Below are positions 43,933 through 52,723 of a DNA stretch of 64,000 nucleotides, piece after piece (position 1 is the first letter of the stretch; each line of letters opens with the position of its first letter). The position numbers were made by a program, and so were the translations under genes. The notes under the pieces were generated by a model. It was not told the origin of the DNA, searched no databases, and was given only the letters and a program-made list of their open reading frames with translations. Origin of the DNA: Nitrososphaerota archaeon (GTDB taxonomy: Archaea; Thermoproteota; Nitrososphaeria; Nitrososphaerales; Gagatemarchaeaceae). Location: contig DAHVLJ010000005.1 in NCBI GenBank assembly GCA_027320425.1, forward strand, positions 22,832-86,831, in the 5' to 3' direction.

Positions 43933-44958
43933 TTGACTGTAAACAATCGTAACGTAACCGCCATCGGAATCGGAAGTGCAGGGATCAAGATCGTCTCTCT
44001 GCTGAGCCGACGGTCTCTGCTGATAGACAGGTACGCCTACGTCTCCTGCGACGAAGGCGATTTCTCTACCGTAGACCCGAAGGACACGATTCTCGTTGAA
44101 TCGCCGATCGACCAGAAACTCTCACCGGCGCTGGTCCGGGGCCTCGCCCTCAACTCTGCGAAAGGGATACAGGCTGCCGTAAGCGGTTCGGAAGTGGTGT
44201 TCGTGGTCGCCGGCCTCGGTGGCGCGACCGGAAGCGGACTAGCACCAGTGGTGGCGTCCATGGCAGAGCAGTGCGGCGCGACAGCCGTTGGAGTCGCCGT
44301 CATGCCCTTCGAGTTCGAGAAGAAGATGAAGTTCTACGCCGGTGTCTCCCTGCGCAGGCTGAGAGCAGCGGCCAAAGGCGTCGTGGTGGTCGACAACGAC
44401 ACCCTGCTGAGGTCATCGCCAGAGGACTCCACCCTCGCGAACCTCTATGACACCGCCAACAAGGCGGTGGTGAAGGCGCTGGCGTCCATGCTGTCAAAGC
44501 CGGCGGAGGGGTCAAAATCGCTGGGGATGAACAAGCTCCTCGGGACGGTGATTCAGGAGGGGTATTCTCTCCTCGGGGTGTCAAGCAGCGGCGCGGACGA
44601 CAAGGCCGAAGACGCAATCGCTGGCGCGGTGGTCTCTCTCGGCAAGCTGGCAGAAGCCAGGGAGGCAGGCCACGCCGTGGTGAGCCTGAACGCCGATGAG
44701 AGCCTCTCGGCCCAAGAAGTGGGACTAGCGGTCGGGCGCCTGGGTTCGATAATGGACAGCGAAGGACTGGACGTCGAATATGCGGTTGACTACTCCGGGT
44801 CCGCCCAGCTACAGGTCAGCCTTCTCGCGTCAGGGTTCAGGTCGACGAAGTACGACGACTACGACCCTCTCGCAAAGGTGCTCGGAAACAGGGTCCTCGA
44901 CGATGAAATGGATACCGCGCTCCCAGGCGGATTAGAACTGCTCCAGTCCTGCGACTAG
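43933..44958 (+). CDS. divergent FtsZ/tubulin-family protein
   Basis: Strong match to the FtsZ core: VVFVVAGLGGATGSGLAPVVASMAEQCGATAVGVAVMPFEFEKK (T4 GGGTGTG becomes GGATGSG; PFxFEG) and VVVDNDTLL. The T1, T3 and T7 loops are degenerate. Confidence 0.8.
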   Translation: MTVNNRNVTAIGIGSAGIKIVSLLSRRSLLIDRYAYVSCDEGDFSTVDPKDTILVESPIDQKLSPALVRGLALNSAKGIQAAVSGSEVVFVVAGLGGATGSGLAPVVASMAEQCGATAVGVAVMPFEFEKKMKFYAGVSLRRLRAAAKGVVVVDNDTLLRSSPEDSTLANLYDTANKAVVKALASMLSKPAEGSKSLGMNKLLGTVIQEGYSLLGVSSSGADDKAEDAIAGAVVSLGKLAEAREAGHAVVSLNADESLSAQEVGLAVGRLGSIMDSEGLDVEYAVDYSGSAQLQVSLLASGFRSTKYDDYDPLAKVLGNRVLDDEMDTALPGGLELLQSCD

Positions 44959-44965
44959 TCTTTCG

Positions 44966-46660
44966 CTACGAGAAGTAGTCTTTGACCGGTCGGCTCTTGG
45001 TGGCCAGAGCCTTTGCCCTAGCCACGTCGGAGTCTTCGAGCTTCCTGAAGGGTATCTCAGGCTTCGTGCTCAGACGGATGCTCTTCCTTTCATTGCCAAC
45101 CACATCGAAGCTACCACTGGAGGACCCCAGAGAAGAGAGGATTCTCTCCGACGACCCAGGCAGGAAAGGCTGCAGGAGCACGGCGACCGTCTCGCAGACG
45201 GTCAGGCAGGTGTGAATCACCTGTTCGCACCTGTCGCGGTCCTCTTTGACTAGTTTCCAGGGTTGCGTCCGCTGGAAGAACTCGTTCCCAAGATCGGCGA
45301 CCGAGAGTACCTTGGAGAGGGCATCCCTGAGCCTCACTTCGCCGAGCAGCTTCTCTACATCCGCGGCAAGAGCGCTCACCTTGGCGAGCAACTCTTCGTC
45401 ATCCTTCGACCTCTTGCTCAGCGTCACCGCACCGTCGAAGTTGTTCCATGCGAAGGTGGTGGTCCTGTGGACGAAGTTCCCGACGTTCGCCACCAGCTCG
45501 TTGTTCACTTTGCTCTTGAAGTCCTCCCACTTGAAGTCAGTGTCCTTGGTTTCGGGGATTATGTTGATGAGGTAGTATCGCCATATGTCCGGGTCCAGTC
45601 CGACATCGGGGACGCTCTCACAGAATACCCCCCAGTTGTGACTTTTGGAGATCTTGTCCCCCTCATAGTTGCAGAACTGCAGGCCGACCACGTCGTGGGG
45701 GAGGTTGAGACCGCCATGAGCGAAGAGCATGCCGGGCCAGAAAATGGTATGAAATGGGATGTTGTCCTTCCCGAGGAAGTTGTAGATTTCAGTGTCCTCC
45801 ACCCAGAACTTCTTCCAATAGTCCGGACTCCCCGTCGCTTCCGCCCATTCCTTCGTCGCAGACAGATAGCCGATGGGCGCGTCAAACCAGACATAGAACA
45901 CCTTCCCCCCGAATTCCTTCAGGGGGACGGGCACCCCCCATCTCAGATCCCTGGTGATCGACCTCTTCTTCAGCCCCTCTTTCAGCCAGCCAAGGGCGAG
46001 GGAGGTGACCTGGCCCTTCCAGTCCTTCTTCTCACGTATCCACCTTTCAAGCGTCCCTTGCACTTTCCCGAGCTCGAGGAACAACTGTTCGCTGTCTCTC
46101 CAGACCGGCACGCTCCCGTCTATCTTGCACCTGGGGCTGACCAACTGTTCAGGGTCGAGCAGGGTGGAGCACTTCTCGCACTGGTCCCCCCTCGCGAGCT
46201 CGTACCCACAGACCGGGCAGGTCCCCTGCACGTATCTGTCCGGAAGGAATATCCCGTCCTTCTCGCAGAATGGCAGACGCAGGATCCCCTCACTGACGAA
46301 GCCCTTCCGATAGATCTCAAGGAAGAATTCCTGGGTAGTTTTGTGATGGATGGGGGTCGAGGTCCGGGTGAAGTTGTCGTAGGATATCCCGAACCAGGCG
46401 TAGATGTCCCGGTGGACCCTGTACAGCGTGTCCGTCAACTCCTTGGGTGATATTCCCAGCTCCAGGGCCGCTACTTCGGTCGGGGTGCCGTTCTCGTCCG
46501 CCGCCCCCACGAACAGCGTCTCGTAGCCTTTGAGCCTGCAGTATCTGGCGAAGACGTCGGCAGGCAGATGCGAGCCTACTATGTTCCCCACATGGGGGAC
46601 GGCGTTCGTGTAAGGGAGGGCGCAGAGGACCAGGACCCGCTTCCTTTTCGCGCTTGCCAC
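44966..46660 (-). CDS. metG: methionine--tRNA ligase
   Basis: PYTNAVPHVGNIVG (HIGH-type), KISKSHNWG (KMSKS), and zinc knuckles CPVCGYELARGDQCEKC. Confidence 0.93.
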   Translation of the reverse strand: MASAKRKRVLVLCALPYTNAVPHVGNIVGSHLPADVFARYCRLKGYETLFVGAADENGTPTEVAALELGISPKELTDTLYRVHRDIYAWFGISYDNFTRTSTPIHHKTTQEFFLEIYRKGFVSEGILRLPFCEKDGIFLPDRYVQGTCPVCGYELARGDQCEKCSTLLDPEQLVSPRCKIDGSVPVWRDSEQLFLELGKVQGTLERWIREKKDWKGQVTSLALGWLKEGLKKRSITRDLRWGVPVPLKEFGGKVFYVWFDAPIGYLSATKEWAEATGSPDYWKKFWVEDTEIYNFLGKDNIPFHTIFWPGMLFAHGGLNLPHDVVGLQFCNYEGDKISKSHNWGVFCESVPDVGLDPDIWRYYLINIIPETKDTDFKWEDFKSKVNNELVANVGNFVHRTTTFAWNNFDGAVTLSKRSKDDEELLAKVSALAADVEKLLGEVRLRDALSKVLSVADLGNEFFQRTQPWKLVKEDRDRCEQVIHTCLTVCETVAVLLQPFLPGSSERILSSLGSSSGSFDVVGNERKSIRLSTKPEIPFRKLEDSDVARAKALATKSRPVKDYFS

Positions 46661-46699
46661 GGTTGGGGTCGACCCCTTCCTTTTACTATAAACCTTGGC

Positions 46700-47932
46700 T
46701 CAGATTTCCCAGCTTTTCGCGTATTCTTTCTGCTCTTTCGTCTGCGTCCCGATGGCGATCCCCATGGACTTCAGGGCGGCCCTCGCGACTTCATCTTCGA
46801 GCTCTGCCGGCACTCCGTAGACGCGCTTTTCCATCTTGGCATGGTCGGCGTGGATGCGGATTGCCGCCATCATCTGGTTGGCGAATGACATCTGCATCAC
46901 TTCAGGAGGATGGCCCTCTGCTGCCACCAGGTTTGCGATCCTCCCCTTCCCGACGAGGTACACTTTCTTCCCTGAAGGTAGAATGACCTCGTCGACGTTA
47001 GGTCTGACCTCCTTCACACCCTTCGCTTTGGACAGCATCGTCTTCACGTCGATTTCGACGTCGAAGTGACCCGCATTGGAGAGAATGGCCCCCTCCTTCA
47101 TCTTCTCTACGGCCGAATAGGGCACCACGTTCTTCTGGCCCGTAGTGGTGACAAAGAGCTCGCCATCTTTGGCGGCCGTGTCAATGTCGGAGACGTCGAA
47201 GCCGTCTAGATGCGCCTCCAGAGCCCTGATGGGATCGATTTCTACAACTGTCACTCTTGCACCCATCCCCCTTGCCCTCATCGCGACCCCCTTCCCGACC
47301 CAACCGTATCCGACTACCACCGCCCTCACTCCAGCCAGGAGCAGCGCTGTCGCCCTCATGATTCCGTCGAGGGTGCTCTGTCCCGTCCCGTACCGGTTGT
47401 CGAACATGAATTTGGTCTTGGCATCGTTTACAGCGATGACCGGGTAAGCCAGTCTCCCCTCTGCTTCCATCGCCTTGAGCCTCCCCACACCGGTCGTGGT
47501 CTCCTCGGAGCCTCCCACTATGCCCCTGGCCTTGGAGAGGTGCGCTGCCACATGGAGGTCCGCGCCATCGTCAATGATCTGTTCCGGATGGGATCCAATC
47601 ACTTGTTCGATGCACCAGTTGTATTCCTTCGCAGACTGTCCTCTCCACGCCCAAACCTCCGTCCTCGTCGATAGGTAAGCGGCGATGTCGTCCTGCGTGG
47701 AAAGAGGGTTCGCGCCTGCCACCTTCAGGTCGGCTCCTGCGCCGAGGAGCGCGTCTATGAGGACCGATGTCTCCTTCGTTATGTGCAGACAGACGCCTAT
47801 CTTGATTCCTTCAAGCGGTTTCGACTTCGCGTATTTCTCAGCCAGGTTCGTGAGCGCGCCCATGTGGGCCTTGGCCCACAGGAAGTTCTTCTCTCCGGAC
47901 CTACTGAGCTTCTGATCTGCGACCTTGCTCAT
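46700..47932 (-). CDS. ahcY: adenosylhomocysteinase
   Basis: 410 aa (archaeal short type) with NAD motif VVGYGWVGKGVA and ETTTGV. Confidence 0.92.
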   Translation of the reverse strand: MSKVADQKLSRSGEKNFLWAKAHMGALTNLAEKYAKSKPLEGIKIGVCLHITKETSVLIDALLGAGADLKVAGANPLSTQDDIAAYLSTRTEVWAWRGQSAKEYNWCIEQVIGSHPEQIIDDGADLHVAAHLSKARGIVGGSEETTTGVGRLKAMEAEGRLAYPVIAVNDAKTKFMFDNRYGTGQSTLDGIMRATALLLAGVRAVVVGYGWVGKGVAMRARGMGARVTVVEIDPIRALEAHLDGFDVSDIDTAAKDGELFVTTTGQKNVVPYSAVEKMKEGAILSNAGHFDVEIDVKTMLSKAKGVKEVRPNVDEVILPSGKKVYLVGKGRIANLVAAEGHPPEVMQMSFANQMMAAIRIHADHAKMEKRVYGVPAELEDEVARAALKSMGIAIGTQTKEQKEYAKSWEI

Positions 47933-48666
47933 TTTCCTTCTCCCCTCAGACCCGTTACAGAGGACTCTATCAAGCGTTTCACCAGCTTCCCCGACTTCTT
48001 CATGACCTTGAGCACCTCATCGTGGCTCACCTTGGGCTGCATCCCCGCCGCCCAGTTGGTGGAAATGACCACCGACGCATATCCGATCCCTTTCTCGTTG
48101 GCCAATACGACCTCAGGGACCCCCGTCATTCCCACTACGTCTCCGCCGAGTATCTTGTACATCTTGATCTCTGCGGCAGTCTCGAACCTCGGCCCTTCGG
48201 CGCACACATAGACAAGGTGCTGGTGAAGCTCGAAACCCTGCTTCTTGGCCGCCACCGCGAGCTCGAGATTGATGTGCCTGCTGTACGGATAGGTCATGTC
48301 AGTATGGATCACCTTCTCGTCGAAGAATGTCGTCTGCCTGTGCTTTGTGAAGTCCAGGAACTGCTCGATCAGACCGATCTCCCCTACTCCGAAGCCCGGG
48401 TTCATCGAACCTACTGCGCTTGTGGCTATCACCTCCTTCACCCCTAGCTGCTCAAAGGCTGCTATGTTCGCCCTGTAGTTGATGCCCTGGGGAGGGTATC
48501 TGTGGGCCGCACCGTGCCGTGGGATGACGACGTAGTCTCCTTCTCTGCGAGTGTAGACCACCGCCTTTCCGTATCTCGTCGACACGGTCCTTGGTTTGCT
48601 TAGGTCGAAGTGCTCGCTAACTCCAGTCCCTGTGACTATCCCTATCGGCGCAATTCGCCTAGTCAT
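47929..48666 (-). CDS. MTAP-family purine nucleoside phosphorylase (paralogue 2)
   Basis: IPRHGAAHRYPPQGINYRANIAAFEQLGVKEVIATSAVGS. ATGA overlap with ahcY. Confidence 0.85.
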   Translation of the reverse strand: MTRRIAPIGIVTGTGVSEHFDLSKPRTVSTRYGKAVVYTRREGDYVVIPRHGAAHRYPPQGINYRANIAAFEQLGVKEVIATSAVGSMNPGFGVGEIGLIEQFLDFTKHRQTTFFDEKVIHTDMTYPYSRHINLELAVAAKKQGFELHQHLVYVCAEGPRFETAAEIKMYKILGGDVVGMTGVPEVVLANEKGIGYASVVISTNWAAGMQPKVSHDEVLKVMKKSGKLVKRLIESSVTGLRGEGK

Positions 48667-49189
48667 ACTTCGCGATGGAGTAGACTTCGTATCCAGCGAG
48701 TTTACTCCTTCCCTTCAGGGACTTCAGCTCAGTGACGAACGCGAAACCCACGACCTTGCCTCCCAGTTTCTCGACGAGTGTGGCCGCGGCTCTCGACGTC
48801 CCTCCTGTGGCAAGGAGGTCGTCCACCACGAGCACCCTGTCTCCCTTCGATATCGAGTCTGCGTGCATCTCGAGCCCCTGCCTGCCGTACTCGAGCTCGT
48901 AATTCACGCTGATCTTGGTCGCCGGGAGCTTCCCCACCTTCCTCGCAGGAACGAAGCCTATCCCCAGCCTGTCGGCGAGCGGCGCGCCGACGATGAACCC
49001 ACGAGCCTCGACGCCCACTATCTTGTCGATCCTGACGCTCTTCCACCTCTTCTCCATGTCATCGGCGACCTTTCTGTTGAGCTTCCCGTTCCTCCACAGC
49101 GTGGTGAGGTCCTTGAACGGGATCCCCTTCTTCGGGTAGTCGGGGATGTTCCTGATCGCCTTCTTGACGTCGGTCTCGAGCTTAGGCAT
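48659..49189 (-). CDS. apt: adenine phosphoribosyltransferase
   Basis: PRPP motif VLVVDDLLATGGT. ATG 49189 shares one base with the upstream stop (TGATG). The ORF opens at 49228. Confidence 0.9.
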   Translation of the reverse strand: MPKLETDVKKAIRNIPDYPKKGIPFKDLTTLWRNGKLNRKVADDMEKRWKSVRIDKIVGVEARGFIVGAPLADRLGIGFVPARKVGKLPATKISVNYELEYGRQGLEMHADSISKGDRVLVVDDLLATGGTSRAAATLVEKLGGKVVGFAFVTELKSLKGRSKLAGYEVYSIAKYD

Positions 49190-49995
49190 CAGGCTGTCAG
49201 CCTCGCGTGCTCCAGTGCCGAGCCGCATTCACAGGTGCGCTCTTCGGGGAGCCTCTTGACTATCTCCACGATGAGCTTTCTTAATCTCTCCAGGTTGCTG
49301 TTGAAGACCTTGATCACCTCTTCATGGGAGACTGGTTTCACCCTCGGGTCGCCTTCGAGCCCCGCGTCGTAGTCTGTGACAAGTGATATGTTCAGGAAGC
49401 ACATCTCCTGCTCCCTCGCAAGGACCACCTCTGGATACTGGGTCATGTTGATGACCTCCCACCCCTGTTTTGAGAAGAACCTGCTCTCCGACCTCGTCGA
49501 AAACCTCGGGCCCTGTATCACCACCACGGTGCCAGTCCGATGGAACTTCAGTCCGAGGACCTCGGCAGCCTCGATCGCGACCTCTCTCATCTGGGGGCAG
49601 TAGGGAGATGCGGTGCTCACATGAGTCGTCAATGGCCCGTCGTAGAAAGTGTCCTTCCTCCCGGTGGTGAAGTTGACGAACTGGTCGCAGAAGACCATGT
49701 CCCCCGGTCCTACTTCGGCCCTGAGGCTCCCCACCGCGTTGGGGGCTATGATGCGCTGTACCCCGAGCTTCTTGAACGAATACAGGTTCGCCCTGTACGG
49801 CACCATGTGCGGGGGAAACTCGTGGTGTAGGCCGTGCCTAGGAAGGAAGGCAACGCTCCTCCCCTCGATCTCCGAGATGGTGACGCTGGCGCTGGGCTTG
49901 CCGTAAGGGGTATTCACGGGGACGCCGCGAGCGCCCTTCGCGAACTTGTAAAACCCCGAACCCCCAAAGACGCCGAACTCTGCCCTCGGCTTCAC
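49189..49995 (-). CDS. mtnP: S-methyl-5'-thioadenosine phosphorylase
   Basis: GVFGGSGFY...FLPRHGLHHEFPPHMVPYRANLYSFKKLGVQRIIAPNAVGSL, with a C-terminal CEC cysteine pair as in thermophilic archaeal MTAPs. Confidence 0.9.
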   Translation of the reverse strand: MKPRAEFGVFGGSGFYKFAKGARGVPVNTPYGKPSASVTISEIEGRSVAFLPRHGLHHEFPPHMVPYRANLYSFKKLGVQRIIAPNAVGSLRAEVGPGDMVFCDQFVNFTTGRKDTFYDGPLTTHVSTASPYCPQMREVAIEAAEVLGLKFHRTGTVVVIQGPRFSTRSESRFFSKQGWEVINMTQYPEVVLAREQEMCFLNISLVTDYDAGLEGDPRVKPVSHEEVIKVFNSNLERLRKLIVEIVKRLPEERTCECGSALEHARLTA

Positions 49996-50091
49996 AGTCG
50001 GCCTCCTCGTGTTTCTGATTTAATCTTTCCATGGAGGGGCACCGCCGACATTCGGGCACTCTTCATTTATCGTCGCCGCCCAGGCGTCGGT

Positions 50092-50898
50092 GTGCAGAAC
50101 ATCGACCCGGTCTATTTCTCCCTGCCTGTCACGGTGCTCGTGCTCATGGTCGGCCTTGTTGTCTACTGGCGCCGATCGCGGGTCTTTTCCAGAGGAGCGA
50201 TGCTCTATTCGCTCGTCGCCTACGCAGGGGCGATCGCTTTGAAATATGCGGTACAGCTTCCGACCATCAACGCATTCGAAGCATCCACCGGGGGGAGCCT
50301 GGTTGCATTAGGGGTATACTATGGGGCTCAGACCGCCGCATTCGAGGTCGGGGGCGCTTACGTCGTCGCCAGGCTCGCCGTTTCCCGCTCCAGGCTCAAG
50401 GCAGAAGATGCAGAAGGGTTCGGGCTCGGACTGGCCTTTTGGGAGAACGCGGCGCTTCTCGCGGTCCCAATGCTGCTCGAATACTCGCTGTACTATGTCG
50501 TCCTCTCTTCTCCGAACTCATTGGCGGCGCAGGTCCTGTATCCCGTGCTTGCTAAGCAGTCGCCGGGGCTCTTCCTATCGCCCGCGGCTGCCTTGCCATT
50601 GGTGGGATATTCCATCCTGGAAAGGGTGTCTTCCCTCGTCTCTCACTTCACATGGGGCTTCCTCTGTCTTTTCGCAGCGGTGCTCAACAGAAAGCGCCTG
50701 TTCTTCATCGCTCTCCCCTTGGGTTTCGTCATCGACTTCCTGGTCCCCTTCGCTGGGGCCATCGGATTGGGGGTCTTCGAACTGACCATCTTTGCGATCA
50801 GCATCGCTGCGCTCGCAGGGGCCCTTTCTCTCGTCAGGCGTAGCGCGCTGCCGGGCGGAGCCGGGACCGTTTCCCACTCTCCTTCTTCGAATACTTGA
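50092..50898 (+). CDS. YhfC-like polytopic membrane protein (putative intramembrane protease family, motif-degenerate)
   Basis: From GTG 50092. FGLGLAFWENAALL and ILERVSSLVSHFTWGFLCLFA resemble B. subtilis YhfC (FGLGHGGMEAVLL; GGLERIFAFFIHVGLSLLV), but FEEGGR is FEVGGA here. Confidence 0.4.
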   Translation: MQNIDPVYFSLPVTVLVLMVGLVVYWRRSRVFSRGAMLYSLVAYAGAIALKYAVQLPTINAFEASTGGSLVALGVYYGAQTAAFEVGGAYVVARLAVSRSRLKAEDAEGFGLGLAFWENAALLAVPMLLEYSLYYVVLSSPNSLAAQVLYPVLAKQSPGLFLSPAAALPLVGYSILERVSSLVSHFTWGFLCLFAAVLNRKRLFFIALPLGFVIDFLVPFAGAIGLGVFELTIFAISIAALAGALSLVRRSALPGGAGTVSHSPSSNT

Positions 50899-50924
50899 AA
50901 TACCGAGATTCGTCGATTCGCACG

Positions 50925-51341
50925 ATGCCCCATACATACGACGAGCTTCTTTCAAGGGCGAGGGCCGGCCTCGACAAGGACGCGAAGAAGTCGGGGGCGC
51001 TCAGGCTGGAGCTCCCTGAGCCGGACGTGATCTGGGTCGGCAACAAGACCATCTTCCGCAACTATTCCGAGTTCCCCAAACTGTTGAGACGCGAGTCGGG
51101 GAGGGTGCTGATGTACCTGGCCAAGGAGCTGGCCACCGCGGCTTCTCTCGACGGCGAAAGGGCGATCTTCATCGGCAGGAAGGACAAGGATTCCTTCTCG
51201 CAGCTTCTACAGCGTTACGTGAAGGAGGGGGTAATCTGTCCCGTCTGCGGGAGCCCGGACACCCACCTCGACAAGGAGAAGCGCATGTGGTTCATGGTCT
51301 GTGAAGCGTGCGGAGCAAGGTCAGTGGCCAAGGTGGCATGA
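50925..51341 (+). CDS. eif2b: translation initiation factor aIF2 beta subunit
   Basis: MPHTYDELLSRARAGL...VLMYLAKELATAASLDG... and the zinc ribbon CPVCGSPDT...CEACG. Confidence 0.9.
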   Translation: MPHTYDELLSRARAGLDKDAKKSGALRLELPEPDVIWVGNKTIFRNYSEFPKLLRRESGRVLMYLAKELATAASLDGERAIFIGRKDKDSFSQLLQRYVKEGVICPVCGSPDTHLDKEKRMWFMVCEACGARSVAKVA

Positions 51342-51655
51342 CGGCGGAGAGCAAGGGGTTCTCAGTCAGGACCACAGCCTACAAGGGGACGATCCTCGTG
51401 AACATGTGCGACGAGGAGCTCGTGGGGACGACCGTGACCGAGGGGTCGCTGAAGATGCACCTTTCGAAGGAATTCTATTCCGGAGAAGTGGTGCAAAAGG
51501 GGGAAGCGCTGAGGCTCATCAGGACCTGTTCGATAGTCAACCTCGCAGGGAGCCGCTCTGTGTCTCTTGCCGTGGAGAACAAGGTCGGGGCGCCTGAGGC
51601 GATCCGCGAGATCGAAAAGGTGCCGTTCCTCATGATCTACAAGTTCGCGGGTTAG
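51338..51655 (+). CDS. DUF424 family protein
   Basis: [35 protein letters not shown] matches the DUF424 pattern. ATGA overlap with aIF2-beta, a pairing common in archaea. Confidence 0.7.
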   Translation: MTAESKGFSVRTTAYKGTILVNMCDEELVGTTVTEGSLKMHLSKEFYSGEVVQKGEALRLIRTCSIVNLAGSRSVSLAVENKVGAPEAIREIEKVPFLMIYKFAG

Positions 51656-52710
51656 GACCCGAACCTGCGCAGAAGCTCTTTCTGAGAGCTTGACAAGTGC
51701 TTGGGCACTTCCACATTCACGAGCACGTATTCGTTCCCCTTGCCTCTCCCTCCCACCCTGGGAAGGCCTCTTTCCTTGATTGTGAAACGCTCGCCCGGCT
51801 GGGTCCCTGCGGGCACCTGGATGACCGCGTCTCCGTACAGCGTAGGGACCTTCACTTCTGTCCCCAGCATGGCCTGTATCGCGTCAATCTTGGTTGTGAA
51901 GTAAACGTCGCTGTTCTCTCGCATGAAGGTCCTGTGCGGCCTGACGTTCACGACTATGTAGAGGTCCCCGGGTGGCGTACCGTTTTCTCCCGCGTCGCCT
52001 TCGCCCCTGAGCCGGAGTGTGTGTCCATCATCCAGCCCTCCGGGGATGACCAGGCTGATCTTGCGCTTCCGCTGGACGGTCCCTTTGCCTCGGCACTCTC
52101 CGCAAGGGGCGTCGACGGTGAATCCCTTCCCTCTGCACCTGTCGCAGGCTGTGACCCTCACCAGGCGCGCGAAGCCTGCAGACTGCACCTTCTGTACCTG
52201 TCCCGTGCCTCCGCACGTCGCGCATGTCCTCGGCGAGGTCCCCGGCTTCGCGCCGCTCCCCTCGCAGGCGGAGCACAGCTCGGTCCTGGGAATCTCGATC
52301 TCCCTCGTTGAGTCGGCGACAAGGTCCTCGAGGTTGAGCTGCAGGTGGTATGTCAGGTCCTGACCTCTGCCGGGCCCGCGGCCCCCTCCGAAGAACTGAG
52401 AGAAGATGTCGTCGAAGCCGAACCCTGCGCCTCTGAAGAACTCGCCGAAATTCGCCCCCCTGAAGATATCCTCTTGGCTGTATCGCTGGTATACCCCTTC
52501 TCTGCCGAAGGAGTCGTACTGCCTCCTCTTTTCGTCGTCAGAAAGGACCGCGTATGCCTCGGATATCTCCTTGAATCGCTCCTCCGCTTCTGGGGCTCTG
52601 TTCCTGTCAGGGTGGAACTGGAGGGCGAGCTTCCTGTAGGCGTCCTTGATCTCGTCTTTCCCAGCCCCCTTCTTAACTCCGAGAACCTCGTAGTAGTCTT
52701 TGGCGGCCAA
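51652..52710 (-). CDS. dnaJ: molecular chaperone DnaJ
   Basis: J domain KDYYEVLGV...HPD and four CxxCxGxG zinc-finger repeats. Confidence 0.93.
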   Translation of the reverse strand: MAAKDYYEVLGVKKGAGKDEIKDAYRKLALQFHPDRNRAPEAEERFKEISEAYAVLSDDEKRRQYDSFGREGVYQRYSQEDIFRGANFGEFFRGAGFGFDDIFSQFFGGGRGPGRGQDLTYHLQLNLEDLVADSTREIEIPRTELCSACEGSGAKPGTSPRTCATCGGTGQVQKVQSAGFARLVRVTACDRCRGKGFTVDAPCGECRGKGTVQRKRKISLVIPGGLDDGHTLRLRGEGDAGENGTPPGDLYIVVNVRPHRTFMRENSDVYFTTKIDAIQAMLGTEVKVPTLYGDAVIQVPAGTQPGERFTIKERGLPRVGGRGKGNEYVLVNVEVPKHLSSSQKELLRRFGS

Positions 52711-52723
52711 CCGATTAGGTCAC

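Noticed and set aside
45263-46450. 395-aa ORF antisense to metG
   Set aside because: MetRS motifs are present on the minus strand. The plus-frame product is low-complexity (Pro/Val/Glu/Arg) and lacks any recognisable domain.
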